63,232 nt of DNA from Bacteroidota bacterium (GTDB lineage Bacteria; Bacteroidota; Bacteroidia; AKYH767-A; OLB10), in assembly GCA_947447155.1 (NCBI GenBank), contig CANFIN010000004.1, forward strand, positions 1-63,232, read 5' to 3'. The notes under the pieces are model-generated. The model was given only the letters and a program-made list of their open reading frames with translations. It did no database searches and was not told the origin of the DNA. Positions 37,374 through 48,536 of the stretch are shown here, in pieces. The position numbers were made by a program, and so were the translations under genes. Position 1 is the stretch's first letter; every line of letters starts with the position of its first letter.

Positions 37374-38291
37374 ATGATCAATAAATCCTTATTTGTTTTA
37401 GCAATAATTATATGCACGATGCCTTTTATGGATCCTCCATTAGCATTGCTATTAGGATTTATTATAGCGCAAACAATTGAAAATCCATTTGAGAAATGGA
37501 ACAGCGCGGCTACCAACTGGTTATTAAAATCATCCATCGTATTGCTTGGATTTGGGATGAATCTTCACAAAGCATTTGAAGCAGGAAAAACCGGATTTAT
37601 TTTTACAATATTCTCAATCGTAATAACCCTTTTTGTTGGATGGTTATTAGGTAAAAGACTAGGAGTTGATAGCAAAACATCGTTTTTAATTTCTAGCGGA
37701 ACGGCAATTTGTGGAGGAAGTGCTATCGCTGCAGTATCACCAATTTTGCAAGCCAACGAAAAGCAAATGAGTGTATCGCTTGGAACAGTTTTTATATTAA
37801 ACTCAATAGCATTATTGTTCTTTCCAGTTATCGGACATTTATTGAACATGAGCGAGCATCAATTTGGATTATGGGCAGCAGTTGCTATTCATGATACCAG
37901 CTCGGTAGTTGGTGCTGCGAGTAAATACGGACATGAATCTTTGCAAGTAGCCACAACAGTTAAATTAGCAAGAGCACTTTATATTATTCCTTTGTCGCTA
38001 TTAACGGCTTACTTTTACAAGTCTGGTAATTCAAAAATTAAGATTCCATATTTTATTGGCCTTTTCATTATCACCATGGTAATAGGCACTTATTTCCCTG
38101 CATTCACTTCTACTTATTCAATCTTGGTAATACTTGCTAAAAAAGGATTAACCATTACGCTATTTTTAATAGGCAGTAGTTTGTCTATTAAAAAATTAAA
38201 ATCAGTTGGAGTAAAACCATTAATGCAGGGGATTGGCTTATGGATTTTCATTAGTATTATTTCTTTAATCTCTGTTTTATATTTTGCATAA
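37374..38291 (+). CDS. YeiH/UPF0324-family membrane protein (putative sulfate exporter family)
   Basis: 305 aa with about 9-10 TM segments. ..SSGTAICGGSAIAA.. motif is typical of the family. Confidence 0.75.
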   Translation: MINKSLFVLAIIICTMPFMDPPLALLLGFIIAQTIENPFEKWNSAATNWLLKSSIVLLGFGMNLHKAFEAGKTGFIFTIFSIVITLFVGWLLGKRLGVDSKTSFLISSGTAICGGSAIAAVSPILQANEKQMSVSLGTVFILNSIALLFFPVIGHLLNMSEHQFGLWAAVAIHDTSSVVGAASKYGHESLQVATTVKLARALYIIPLSLLTAYFYKSGNSKIKIPYFIGLFIITMVIGTYFPAFTSTYSILVILAKKGLTITLFLIGSSLSIKKLKSVGVKPLMQGIGLWIFISIISLISVLYFA

Positions 38292-38361
38292 GTTATTGAG
38301 AAATTAAAAATCGATTGTTCAAAATATATTTTCATACTCACATGCATTAGGTCCTTTTAAA

Positions 38362-38369
38362 TAGATTTG
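38362..38369 (+). promoter_or_regulatory. Candidate -7 box TAGATTTG, 5 nt before the asd ATG
   Basis: Exact TAnnTTTG. Confidence 0.45.
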
Positions 38370-38374
38370 TTTAT

Positions 38375-39364
38375 ATGAAAATAGCTGTTGTAGGTGCCAC
38401 AGGATTAGTAGGCACAAAAATGATTGAAGTGCTTTTAGAAAGAAACTTTCCTATCACTGAATTAATTCCTGTTGCTTCTGAAAATTCAGTTGGTAAAGAA
38501 ATTACATATCAAGGTACGACATACAAAGTGGTCAGCATGCAAACCTGCATCGATATGAAGCCTGCTATTGCCTTATTTTCTGCGGGTGGCACTACATCAT
38601 TAGAATGGGCTCCTGCTTTTGCGGCAGCTGGTATAACTGTCATTGATAACTCTTCTGCCTGGAGAATGGACCCAACAAAAAAGTTAGTGGTTCCTGAAAT
38701 CAACGCAGATGTATTAACAAAAGAAGATAAAATAATTGCTAATCCGAATTGCTCTACTATTCAAATGGTTTTGCCGTTGGCGCCATTACATTCAACTTAT
38801 AAAATAAAGCGAATAGTAGTTTCTACTTATCAATCGGTGAGTGGTACAGGCGCTAAAGCGTTACAACAATTAATGAACGAGCGACAAGGCATCAACGGTG
38901 AAATGGCGTATGCTTACCCAATCGATTTAAATGTAATTCCTCAGATTGACTCATTTCTTGAAAATGGAAACACGAAAGAAGAAGTGAAGATGATTAATGA
39001 AACCTGCAAAATCCTTCGTGACGATTCAATAAAAGTTTCCGCAACAACTATCCGTGTGCCTGTTAAAGGCGGGCATAGTGAAAGTGTAAATATTGAATTT
39101 GAAAACAATTTTGATTTATCTGAAGTAAAAAGACTTATTGCGGATATGCCTGGCGTTATATTACAAGACGACATATCAAAGCAAATTTATCCAATGCCAT
39201 TATATGCTGAAGGAAAAGATGAAGTTTTTGTAGGAAGAGTGCGCCGTGATGAATCTCAGCCTAATACATTAAACATGTGGATTGTTGCTGACAATCTTAG
39301 AAAGGGTGCTGCCACCAACGCGATACAAATAGCGGAGTATTTATTGAAAAACAAGCTGGCTTAA
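38375..39364 (+). CDS. asd: Aspartate-semialdehyde dehydrogenase
   Basis: 329 aa with VVGATGLVG and the active-site NPNCSTIQ. Confidence 0.95.
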   Translation: MKIAVVGATGLVGTKMIEVLLERNFPITELIPVASENSVGKEITYQGTTYKVVSMQTCIDMKPAIALFSAGGTTSLEWAPAFAAAGITVIDNSSAWRMDPTKKLVVPEINADVLTKEDKIIANPNCSTIQMVLPLAPLHSTYKIKRIVVSTYQSVSGTGAKALQQLMNERQGINGEMAYAYPIDLNVIPQIDSFLENGNTKEEVKMINETCKILRDDSIKVSATTIRVPVKGGHSESVNIEFENNFDLSEVKRLIADMPGVILQDDISKQIYPMPLYAEGKDEVFVGRVRRDESQPNTLNMWIVADNLRKGAATNAIQIAEYLLKNKLA

Positions 39365-39366
39365 TT

Positions 39367-40146
39367 TTACTTTATCAATGCCAAAGGATGAGCCACACCG
39401 GTATATTCTTGCAAATCCATTTTTATTGAACCTACCATTAGGCTGGCCTCTGCTCTAATTGGAACACGACTCTTGTCATCGCTAATCCAAATCGTCATTC
39501 CTTCTTGCTCTTTAAACACGCGGCCTTCCATTACATAAGGCTTAAACTTTACACATCTAAACTTTCCTTTATCAGTAGTTAAGAACACTTTACCTACATA
39601 CTTAATCATCATCGGGAAAGTTTCATCATCCAGATACGTGTGAATTAAAAATGTATCTCCAACTGCTGCATTGCTTAAATCAATTGTACGAGCAAAATAA
39701 AAAGCAGATAGCAAATCCTGAACATGCTTTGGTGTTTTGATAGCTTTCTTCTCGCTAGTAGCTGTACAATTTACCTGATCAAACTTTACTTTTTGATTTA
39801 CTTTATATCCGCCCTCTCTTACATCTCTCACAAAGTACCAAGGCAGCATTGCATCTTTATCGATATAGCTTTCGTAACGATCGCGAACCTTAAAAAACCA
39901 ATCGAATGCACCTACCGATTTACCCTCACCGATTACCTGATAACAGGATTTTCCCATTACCGTTTTTAGTGTAGGCGACACCGTTAGTGTTGCTTCACCG
40001 GCATCAATAAACCCATAATGAACCCTATACTTTAATTGCTCACCAGGAACGAAGGCTTCCTGATTGACTATTCTTAGTGGCTGAGCAAAAGCGTTGACTG
40101 AAATCGTTAAGAAAATAAAAACAAATACTTTTTTTAATTTTATCAT
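39367..40146 (-). CDS. DUF3108-like secreted protein
   Basis: Signal peptide (MIKLKKVFVFIFLTISVNAFAQ), then GE.L.YRVHYGFIDAGEATL pattern. The start at 40146 abuts the scpB stop. Confidence 0.6.
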   Translation of the reverse strand: MIKLKKVFVFIFLTISVNAFAQPLRIVNQEAFVPGEQLKYRVHYGFIDAGEATLTVSPTLKTVMGKSCYQVIGEGKSVGAFDWFFKVRDRYESYIDKDAMLPWYFVRDVREGGYKVNQKVKFDQVNCTATSEKKAIKTPKHVQDLLSAFYFARTIDLSNAAVGDTFLIHTYLDDETFPMMIKYVGKVFLTTDKGKFRCVKFKPYVMEGRVFKEQEGMTIWISDDKSRVPIRAEASLMVGSIKMDLQEYTGVAHPLALIK

Positions 40147-40829
40147 TGTGCGTAAGGATCGATATTCCATTCATCAGTAGACGAATTATCGAGACTTTCA
40201 TTTTCGCTGCTAAAATTCAGGGATTCAAAACCTGGAGGCAAATCAACTAGAACATCCATTTGATCAACTAAATCAGAAGGAGTTCCGATTTCATTATCGA
40301 GGATATGTAAATCTTTAAGCTTTGGCAAGTCTTTTACCGACTTCAATCCAAAATGGTCCATAAAACTCTTGCTTGTTGCGTATAGCAGAGGTCTTCCAGG
40401 CCCATCGCCTTTTCCATTAATTACGATCAACTCTTTTTCCAATAGTTTTTGAATCGAATAATCACAGTTAACTCCGCGAATATGTTCTATCTCTGATTTG
40501 GATAACGGCTGTTTGTAGGCAATTATTGCAAGTGTTTCCAAAGCTGCAGTAGAAAGTCGGCGTTTTGCTTTGATTTGCAACAAAGTATTAACAACAGAAT
40601 GATATTCTTTTTTAGATAAAAACTGATAGCCTTCCGCTATTTCGACCAATTCGAATGAATAAATTTCGTCTTTGTATTTATCTTTTAATTGTTCTACAAT
40701 TTCTTTTAGCTGATCTTTTTTCAATTCCCAACCATAAGTTGTATTCAAACAACTAATAATATCATCTGCTGCTACCGGAGATTCAGCTGTAAATATTAAT
40801 GCTTCTATGTGTTGTTCGAGTAATTGCAT
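40143..40829 (-). CDS. scpB: Segregation and condensation protein B
   Basis: 228 aa with two winged-helix repeats (..IEALIF....P......I.., ..AALETLAIIAYKQP.....IE.IRGV..) and an acidic tail. Confidence 0.9.
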   Translation of the reverse strand: MQLLEQHIEALIFTAESPVAADDIISCLNTTYGWELKKDQLKEIVEQLKDKYKDEIYSFELVEIAEGYQFLSKKEYHSVVNTLLQIKAKRRLSTAALETLAIIAYKQPLSKSEIEHIRGVNCDYSIQKLLEKELIVINGKGDGPGRPLLYATSKSFMDHFGLKSVKDLPKLKDLHILDNEIGTPSDLVDQMDVLVDLPPGFESLNFSSENESLDNSSTDEWNIDPYAQ

Positions 40830-40846
40830 TTCTAAATTTATTTAAA

Positions 40847-43663
40847 TTAAATTACAATGTTTACTATTCTTCCTGGAACAACAATAATTTTCTTTGGAGT
40901 TCCTTCAAATAATTTATTCGTATCAGGAGCTGATAATACAGCCTTTTCGATTTCTTCTTTAGATAGCTGAAGAGATAGTTTGATTTTTGATTTTACTTTT
41001 CCATTAATAGAAATAGGATATTCAAATTCATCCTCTACTAAAAATGTCTCATTAAATTGTGGAAATTCTGCCTTCGTGACACTATCATTATTTCCTAATT
41101 TCTCCCATAGCTCTTCCGCAAAATGAGGGGCATAAGGAGATAATATAATTAGAAGTGGTTCAAGTATCGCACGCTTATGACACTTAGCATCCGTCAATTC
41201 ATTTACACAAATCATGAACGAACTTACTGTTGTGTTAAAAGAGAATCTATCTACATCATCCTCCACTTTCTTAATTGTTTTGTGAAGTGTTTTTAACTCT
41301 GCTTTTGAAGGGTCTTCATCTGAAACAAAGAATACATTTTCCTTTCCATGAAACAATCGCCATAATCTTCTCAAGAAATTATGTACACCACTTATACCTT
41401 GCGTACTCCAAGGTTTACTTTGTTCTAAAGGACCTAAAAACATTTCATACAAACGAAGGGTATCGGCGCCATATTGAAGAATAATATCATCAGGCGTTAC
41501 CACATTGTATTTACTCTTCGACATTTTTTCTACTTCACTTCCGCAGATATATTTACCTTCTTCCAAAATAAATTCAGCATCTACAAAATCTTCTCTCCAA
41601 TTTTTAAATGCTTCAAGATCTAATTCATGATTTGGAGCAATTGCTACATCAACATGAAGTGCACTTGTATTATAATCTTTACGCAATCCTGCTGAAACAA
41701 ATTTATTTGTACCTGCAATTCGATAAACAAAAGCACTGACCCCTTGAATCATTCCCTGGTTAATCAATTTTTGAGCGGGCTCATTCATTGGAATCACTTC
41801 AATATCGAATAAGAATTTTGTCCAGAAACGTACATACAATAAATGACCTGTTGCATGCTCAGCGCCTCCTAAATAAAAATCAACGTTCTTCCAATAATCA
41901 ACAGCTTCTTCTGATACTAATTCATTTTCATTTTTAGCATCCATGTATCGTAGGTAGTACCAGCTTGAACCAGCCCATCCAGGCATGGTTGTCGTTTCGT
42001 ATTCATACTCGCCTTTATATTTCCAATTGTTTGCACGAGCCAAAGGAGGCTCGCCTGTTTCAGTAGGATGAAACTTATCAATTTCAGGAAGTATCAATGG
42101 CAAATCGGATTCCTCTAACGGTTGCGGAATACCGTTTTTATAGTATATAGGAATAGGCTCACCCCAATATCGCTGGCGACCAAATGCTGCATCTCGTAAT
42201 CGATAATTTGTGCGACCTTTCCCACAATTATTAGCTTCTATTTTTTCGATAGATGCTTTGATTGCCTCTTTCACTTCTAATCCGTTTAAGAAATCAGAAT
42301 TAAGAATAGTGCCCATTTTTTCGTCGTACGATTCTGCTGCTAATCCTGCGTGACCTTTTGGTAATTCAACAACCTGCAAAATTGGTGAACGACCGAGTTG
42401 TTCTGAAAGTTCAGCCATGAAGTGGTTTGCAAAAGCAAAATCGCGACTATCATGTGCGGGCACAGCCATTACTGCACCAGTACCATATCCTGCAAGTACG
42501 TAATCACCTACCCAGACAGGAATTTTATCTCCTGTAAACGGATGAATCACATAAGCACCTGTAAACTGACCGCTTATCTTTTTTACTTCGGCCATGCGTT
42601 CACGCTCACTTCTGTTTTTTGACGTCAGCACATATTCCTCCACGTTAGAACTATACTCATCAGTAGTAATCTTTGATACCAATTCATGTTCTGGCGCAAG
42701 CGTTACGAAGGATACACCAAAAACGGTATCAGGACGAGTAGTAAAAACTTCTATAAACTCATTACTATTTTCAAGATTAAAAACGATTGACGTTCCTTCA
42801 CTTTTGCCAATCCAGTTGCGTTGCGCTTCTTTCATTGAGTCTGACCAATCTAACGAATCGAGATCTGACAACAAACGATCTGCATAAGCAGTAATACGCA
42901 AACTCCATTGAGGCATTTGCTTTCTTTCCACGGGATAACCGCCTCGTTCACTTACCCCATCTTTAACTTCATCATTAGCCAAAACACTACCCAAAGCGGG
43001 ACACCAGTTAACCCACGCCTCACTCAAATAGGCCAATCGGAAGCAAAGTGAAATCTCAGACTTCTTTTCTTCACTAAAAGATTTCCAATCGTCAGCAGTA
43101 AAAGGCGCTAATTCTTGCTCAATCCCACCAGTCAAATAAACAGGTTCGTATTGACCCCAACCCTGTGTTTCAAAAATTGCAAGCAACGTGTTTATTGACT
43201 CTGCCTTATTTGATTTCGGATTATACCATGAATTAAAAAGCTGAATAAATATCCATTGTGTCCACTTATAATATTCGGGTTCACAAGTTCTGATTTCACG
43301 AGACCAATCATAACAAAAACCCAATTTATCTAGCTGTTCACGATAACGTGTAATATTTTTATCAGTTGTTACTTTTGGATGCTGGCCTGTTTGAATAGCA
43401 TATTGTTCTGCAGGTAATCCAAAGGCATCATAACCCATAGGATGTAAAACATTATAGCCTTTCAGATTTTTATAACGAGCAACAATATCTGAAGCAATAT
43501 AACCTAAAGGATGTCCGACATGCAACCCTGCACCTGAAGGATAAGGGAACATATCTAAAACGTAATACTTAGGTTTGGCGTGATTAATCCCTGTTTTATA
43601 GGTTTCACGCTTTTTCCATTCGCCTTGCCATTTAGATTCTATCTCTCTGAAATTGTATTCCAT
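40847..43663 (-). CDS. leuS: Leucine--tRNA ligase
   Basis: 938 aa with HVGHPLGY (HIGH) and KMSKSK (KMSKS) motifs and a CP1 editing domain. Confidence 0.97.
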   Translation of the reverse strand: MEYNFREIESKWQGEWKKRETYKTGINHAKPKYYVLDMFPYPSGAGLHVGHPLGYIASDIVARYKNLKGYNVLHPMGYDAFGLPAEQYAIQTGQHPKVTTDKNITRYREQLDKLGFCYDWSREIRTCEPEYYKWTQWIFIQLFNSWYNPKSNKAESINTLLAIFETQGWGQYEPVYLTGGIEQELAPFTADDWKSFSEEKKSEISLCFRLAYLSEAWVNWCPALGSVLANDEVKDGVSERGGYPVERKQMPQWSLRITAYADRLLSDLDSLDWSDSMKEAQRNWIGKSEGTSIVFNLENSNEFIEVFTTRPDTVFGVSFVTLAPEHELVSKITTDEYSSNVEEYVLTSKNRSERERMAEVKKISGQFTGAYVIHPFTGDKIPVWVGDYVLAGYGTGAVMAVPAHDSRDFAFANHFMAELSEQLGRSPILQVVELPKGHAGLAAESYDEKMGTILNSDFLNGLEVKEAIKASIEKIEANNCGKGRTNYRLRDAAFGRQRYWGEPIPIYYKNGIPQPLEESDLPLILPEIDKFHPTETGEPPLARANNWKYKGEYEYETTTMPGWAGSSWYYLRYMDAKNENELVSEEAVDYWKNVDFYLGGAEHATGHLLYVRFWTKFLFDIEVIPMNEPAQKLINQGMIQGVSAFVYRIAGTNKFVSAGLRKDYNTSALHVDVAIAPNHELDLEAFKNWREDFVDAEFILEEGKYICGSEVEKMSKSKYNVVTPDDIILQYGADTLRLYEMFLGPLEQSKPWSTQGISGVHNFLRRLWRLFHGKENVFFVSDEDPSKAELKTLHKTIKKVEDDVDRFSFNTTVSSFMICVNELTDAKCHKRAILEPLLIILSPYAPHFAEELWEKLGNNDSVTKAEFPQFNETFLVEDEFEYPISINGKVKSKIKLSLQLSKEEIEKAVLSAPDTNKLFEGTPKKIIVVPGRIVNIVI

Positions 43664-43862
43664 TTAATAATAAAATAAGGGTCACGAAGTTAGCAAAAAG
43701 CCTTTGTTTTAAGGCTTCACGCATCATATTTCTATGCATTATTTTAATTGAAAATCAAGAAAACGACATTCGGGCAGTCATTTTCCAATATTGGCTGTAT
43801 AAAATAGGTAAATTTGATTCAGCTGATTACATTTGTGGCTTACTAAGAATTACGATTTGAAT

Positions 43863-44711
43863 ATGAAGAGCCTGAAGAATCCGTCCAGAATTTCCAATAT
43901 TATTAGCATCACATTGGTGTTAATTGTATTAGGAACACTTGGATTAATCCTTTCCAGCGCTCAAAAAATATCAAATCATTTAAAGGAAAATGTGGAAGTC
44001 GCAATTACACTTCGTTCAGATTCTGATACAATTGCTGTACAACAACTAGTTCAACAATTAAAAGGAGCTGAATTCTCAAAAAATGTTGAATATATTTCTA
44101 AAGAAAAGGCTGCAGAAAAACTTCAAAAAGACTTAGGTGAAAACTTCGTTGATTTTTTAGGATACAATCCGTTAAAACCGTCGATTATTATAACTTTTAA
44201 ATCTAATTATACAGAGAAAGTACTTTTAAAAAACACCATTAACCGAATTGCATCCAACAATTTAATTGAAGACATTCAATATCAAGAATCATTAATTTCG
44301 GAGTTGAATGAAAATTTAAAAACAATTTCAATTATTTTACTTAGCTTTAGTATTTTATTAATGATTGTTGCAATTGGATTAATCAATAACACAATCAGGA
44401 TCGCTTTATATTCTCAACGACAATTAATTCGCAGTATGCTATTAGTGGGAGCCAAAAAGAATTTTATCAGGAGACCTTTTCTTGCTGACAGTATTCGTAA
44501 TGGAATTTTGGGAGGCATCATTTCAATTATGTTATTGTTAGGATGCATCTATTTTGCAGAACAAAAAATTCCTGATTTGAAACTATTATTAGACAGCAAT
44601 ACAATTACAATTATCAGTAGTGGAATATTAGTTTGCGGAATACTTTTATCATTTACTTGTACATTGATTGCAGTTAACAGACATTTAAAATACCGAACAA
44701 CATTATTATAA
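43863..44711 (+). CDS. ftsX: Cell-division permease-like protein FtsX
   Basis: N-terminal TM, periplasmic domain and a C-terminal 3-TM FtsX module. ATG at 43863 (track TTG at 43833 overlaps a TACATTTG -7 box at 43826-43833). Confidence 0.8.
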   Translation: MKSLKNPSRISNIISITLVLIVLGTLGLILSSAQKISNHLKENVEVAITLRSDSDTIAVQQLVQQLKGAEFSKNVEYISKEKAAEKLQKDLGENFVDFLGYNPLKPSIIITFKSNYTEKVLLKNTINRIASNNLIEDIQYQESLISELNENLKTISIILLSFSILLMIVAIGLINNTIRIALYSQRQLIRSMLLVGAKKNFIRRPFLADSIRNGILGGIISIMLLLGCIYFAEQKIPDLKLLLDSNTITIISSGILVCGILLSFTCTLIAVNRHLKYRTTLL

Positions 44712-44717
44712 ATATTT

Positions 44718-45002
44718 ATGGCTAAGAACGACCTTAAAAAACCAAGCATCACTGAAAAATCAACGCCAGTATCAAAAGATGGCTTTGTATTCTCTAAGAT
44801 TAATTTCCAGTTATTTATTGTTAGTGTAATTACAATTATAATTGGATATGCTTTAATGGCAGGCGGAAAATCAGACGATCCAAATCGTTTTAGTGAAGAT
44901 ATATTTAATTTTCAACGAATCACTTTGGCACCTATAATTATCCTTGCAGGATATGCTCTTGGAATTTATTCCATCTTGAAAAAAACCAAAGAAACAGAAT
45001 GA
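44718..45002 (+). CDS. DUF3098-like small membrane protein
   Basis: 94 aa with two TM helices. The ftsX-DUF3098-uppP-truB order is the usual one in Bacteroidetes as I recall it. Confidence 0.6.
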   Translation: MAKNDLKKPSITEKSTPVSKDGFVFSKINFQLFIVSVITIIIGYALMAGGKSDDPNRFSEDIFNFQRITLAPIIILAGYALGIYSILKKTKETE

Positions 45003-45808
45003 ATATTTTCCAATCAATAGTATTGGCAATTATTGAAGGCATCACTGAGTTTTTGCCTATTTCATCAACGGGCCATATGATTATTGCATCATCTGTGATG
45101 GGTATTGCAAATGATGATTTCACTAAAACATTTACTGTCGCTATTCAATTAGGAGCAATACTTTCCGTTGTAGTTTTATATTTCAAACGATTTTTCCAGA
45201 CTATAAATTTTTACTTCAAATTATTAGCAGGATTTATTCCTGCTGTTGTTTTAGGTTTAATATTCGATGATTACATTGATGCGCTTTTAGGAAATGTATT
45301 AGTTGTTGCTTACACCTTGCTCGTGGGTGGTGTACTTCTTATTTTCTTAGAAGACATTTTAAAACACAAAGAGATTGATGATTCAACGGATGATATTAAT
45401 TATACGAAAGCATTTAAAATAGGGATTTTTCAATGCTTAGCTATGGTGCCAGGCGTATCAAGATCCGCATCGACTATAATCGGAGGCATGACTCAAAACT
45501 TAAGCAGAAAAACAGCGGCTGAATTTTCTTTTTTCTTAGCACTACCAACAATGTTTGGAGCTACCGTACTTAAGGTTTACAAATTTTATAAAGAAATGCA
45601 TGAGAAAGGGATATCATTCTCTGGCAATGAAAAGCTTTTATTAATAATTGGCAATATTGTAGCCTTTGCGGTCGCAATGATTGCGATCAAAGCATTCATC
45701 AGCTATTTAACCAAACACGGATTTAGAGCATTTGGTTATTATAGAATCATTGTTGGCTTATTGATTATTTTACTTTACGTTTTAGATTTCAATATTCAGT
45801 TAGTTTAA
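44999..45808 (+). CDS. uppP: Undecaprenyl-diphosphate phosphatase
   Basis: 269 aa polytopic protein with ..EGITEFLPISSTGH.. and ..PGVSRS..TI. Confidence 0.93.
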   Translation: MNIFQSIVLAIIEGITEFLPISSTGHMIIASSVMGIANDDFTKTFTVAIQLGAILSVVVLYFKRFFQTINFYFKLLAGFIPAVVLGLIFDDYIDALLGNVLVVAYTLLVGGVLLIFLEDILKHKEIDDSTDDINYTKAFKIGIFQCLAMVPGVSRSASTIIGGMTQNLSRKTAAEFSFFLALPTMFGATVLKVYKFYKEMHEKGISFSGNEKLLLIIGNIVAFAVAMIAIKAFISYLTKHGFRAFGYYRIIVGLLIILLYVLDFNIQLV

Positions 45809-45809
45809 A

Positions 45810-46496
45810 ATGAATCAAAGCTTAACTCAAGAAAATGATGGTCAAATTTTATTATTAAACAAGCCATTAAACTGGACATCTACTGATGTTGTAAGAAAGT
45901 TAAAAGGCATTTTAAAAGTTAAAAAAATTGGACATGCTGGAACGCTAGACCCATTAGCAACTGGACTCCTAATAATTTGTACTGGAAAAAAAACGAAGAC
46001 CATTCCATTTATTCAGGAAGAAGAAAAAGAATATACAGGAACTTTTTATTTAGGTGCCACTACTCCATCATTCGATAAAGAAACGGAACACGATTCAACT
46101 TTTGATATTTCGGGTATTACTAGTGAACAAATAATGAATGTGGTTGAAAAGCTGAGAGGACCTCAGATGCAAACCCCTCCGATGTTTTCTGCGGTAAAAG
46201 TTAACGGCAAAAGAGCGTATGCGATGGCCAGAAAAGGTGAAACCGTGGAATTGAAATCAAAGCAAATTGAAATTAAAGAATTTGAGATAGTTCGTATCGA
46301 ATTACCGGAAATAGATTTTAGAATTATTTGTACAAAAGGAACCTACATTCGATCAATTGCTCGCGATTTAGGCCTGTTTTTAAATAATGGAGCCTATTTA
46401 ATAAAGCTCTGCAGAACACGTATAGGCCCGCATCTTCTTACGGAATCATCTGAAATAGAAGACTTTAAAGTAATCAAATCGGATATATCCGCTTAA
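45810..46496 (+). CDS. truB: tRNA pseudouridine(55) synthase
   Basis: 228 aa with ..[13 protein letters not shown]. Confidence 0.93.
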   Translation: MNQSLTQENDGQILLLNKPLNWTSTDVVRKLKGILKVKKIGHAGTLDPLATGLLIICTGKKTKTIPFIQEEEKEYTGTFYLGATTPSFDKETEHDSTFDISGITSEQIMNVVEKLRGPQMQTPPMFSAVKVNGKRAYAMARKGETVELKSKQIEIKEFEIVRIELPEIDFRIICTKGTYIRSIARDLGLFLNNGAYLIKLCRTRIGPHLLTESSEIEDFKVIKSDISA

Positions 46497-46702
46497 ATAA
46501 ACGTTTGTTTTTAATCACCTGCAATTCAACAACTTGCAGGGGATGAAAGTTTTTAGTGACTGATTATCATTTATTTACAAGCCTGTCGCATACAAAACAG
46601 GCGTTTCGTACCCTATCTTTGGCATCCCAAACGACTTAGCTTTTCAACTAGTATTTTGGTGTTATTAATTACTTAACCTTTAAAAGAAGCCCGTAAGCTA
46701 AA

Positions 46703-47755
46703 ATGAAACTATCCCAATTTAAATTCAATTTCAACGAAAAATTATTAGCCAACCATCCTGCCCCAAACAGAGACGAATCTCGTTTGATGGTAATTCATCG
46801 CAGCACAGGCAAAATCGAACATAAAGTATTTAAAGATGTACTTGACTATTTTGATGATGGTGATGTATTGGCATTAAACAATACAAAAGTTTTCCCTGCG
46901 CGACTTTATGGAAATAAAGAAAAGACAGGAGCAAAGATTGAAGTGTTTTTACTTCGTGAGTTAAATGCAGAGAGCAAACTATGGGATGTTTTAGTCGACC
47001 CAGCTCGTAAAATAAGAATTGGCAATAAACTATACTTTGGCGATGACGATATGTTAGTTGCGGAAGTAATTGACAATACAACATCAAGAGGAAGAACATT
47101 AAGATTTTTATTTGATGGTACTTCTGAAGAGTTTCGTGATGTAATTGAGCAATTAGGAAACACTCCTTTACCAAAATACATTAAAAGAAAAGCTGAACCT
47201 GCTGATAAAGATCGTTATCAAACAGTTTTTGCAAAAAATGAAGGAGCTGTAGCTGCACCAACTGCAGGATTGCATTTCAGCCGTGAATTATTAAAGCGTT
47301 TAGAACTTAAAGGCTGTAATTTAGCAGAAGTAACTTTGCATGTTGGATTAGGCACTTTCCGTCCCGTAGAAGTAGAAGATTTAACAAAGCACAAGATGGA
47401 ATCAGAACAATTTTTTATTCCTCAAGATGCAGTTAATACGATCAACAAGGCGAAAGCAAATAAAAAGAATATTTGTGCTGTTGGTACAACCACAATGCGT
47501 TGCTTAGAAACATCGGTTTCTACAATGGGTGAATTAAAACCGAATGAAGGTTGGACGAACAAATTTATATTCCCTCCATACGATTTCAGTATTGCCAATA
47601 TGATGATTACTAATTTCCATATGCCAGAGTCGACATTATTAATGATGACTACAGCGTTTGGAGGATACGATTTAATTATGGAAGCATACCGTATAGCTCA
47701 AAAAGAGAAATATCGTTTTTATAGCTATGGAGATGCAATGTTGATTCTTGATTAA
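46703..47755 (+). CDS. queA: S-adenosylmethionine:tRNA ribosyltransferase-isomerase
   Basis: 350 aa with MKLS.F.F......A..P...RD.SRL and ..[21 protein letters not shown] box at 46614-46621 lies 81 nt upstream. Confidence 0.95.
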   Translation: MKLSQFKFNFNEKLLANHPAPNRDESRLMVIHRSTGKIEHKVFKDVLDYFDDGDVLALNNTKVFPARLYGNKEKTGAKIEVFLLRELNAESKLWDVLVDPARKIRIGNKLYFGDDDMLVAEVIDNTTSRGRTLRFLFDGTSEEFRDVIEQLGNTPLPKYIKRKAEPADKDRYQTVFAKNEGAVAAPTAGLHFSRELLKRLELKGCNLAEVTLHVGLGTFRPVEVEDLTKHKMESEQFFIPQDAVNTINKAKANKKNICAVGTTTMRCLETSVSTMGELKPNEGWTNKFIFPPYDFSIANMMITNFHMPESTLLMMTTAFGGYDLIMEAYRIAQKEKYRFYSYGDAMLILD

Positions 47756-48411
47756 TGAAAAAAACTGCAATAATTGTTGCTGGTGGAAGCGGAAGCAGAA
47801 TGAATGCTCCACTTCCTAAGCAGTTTTTACATATTGCAAACGAGCCAATATTATTTCACACTCTTCGTAAATTTGAAGACATTGCAGACCAAATTATTTT
47901 GGTAATGCATCCTGAATGGATTTCATTTTGGAATAATACTATCCTCGATAATAATTTTACTGTAAAACATACTTTAGTTGGAGGCGGAAACAATCGTGCG
48001 CAATCCGTTTTAAACGGACTAAATATGATTGAAGAGAATTGTTTGGTTGCTGTTCACGATGCAGCAAGGCCTTTAGTTAGCAAAAACTTAATTACCTCCA
48101 CCTATGAAAATGCACTGCTGCATGGGGCTTGTATTCCTGTTGTTCAACTAAAAGAGAGTATACGCCAGGTTTTAGAGGAGAGTAATAGCGTAGCTGTTGA
48201 TCGATCGAGCTTTAGAATTGTTCAAACCCCTCAAACTTTTAAATCTTCTGTTTTAAAAACAGCTTTTCAAACTACTGAGTTCGAAAAATATACCGATGAT
48301 GCTTCGCTTGTTGAAGCTTCAGGGAAGAAAATTTTTTTAATTGAAGGCGAAGTGACCAATTTTAAAATCACCAGTCCTGAAGATTTGACTTTAGCCCATA
48401 ACTTAATTTAA
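47755..48411 (+). CDS. ispD: 2-C-methyl-D-erythritol 4-phosphate cytidylyltransferase
   Basis: 218 aa with ..AIIVAGGSGSRM and ..VHDAARP. Confidence 0.92.
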   Translation: MKKTAIIVAGGSGSRMNAPLPKQFLHIANEPILFHTLRKFEDIADQIILVMHPEWISFWNNTILDNNFTVKHTLVGGGNNRAQSVLNGLNMIEENCLVAVHDAARPLVSKNLITSTYENALLHGACIPVVQLKESIRQVLEESNSVAVDRSSFRIVQTPQTFKSSVLKTAFQTTEFEKYTDDASLVEASGKKIFLIEGEVTNFKITSPEDLTLAHNLI

Positions 48412-48536
48412 TTTTTTTTAAAATAAATTAAGTTTAAACTCGTTTTTTCAATGTCACCTCAATTAACACTCGATTGTGTAAATTGAATTTACCAAGATGT
48501 AAATATTGTCGATTATTCTACTATAATTGTAAAAGT

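Noticed and set aside
46497-46702. preQ1 riboswitch or other leader upstream of queA; terminator after truB
   Set aside because: Two hairpins are visible (CCTGCAA..TTGCAGG at 46518-46540 and GCCTGT..ACAGGC near 46581-46603). No preQ1-type consensus is present. The first hairpin's T-run is 10 nt away, so even the terminator call is weak and I did not list it.
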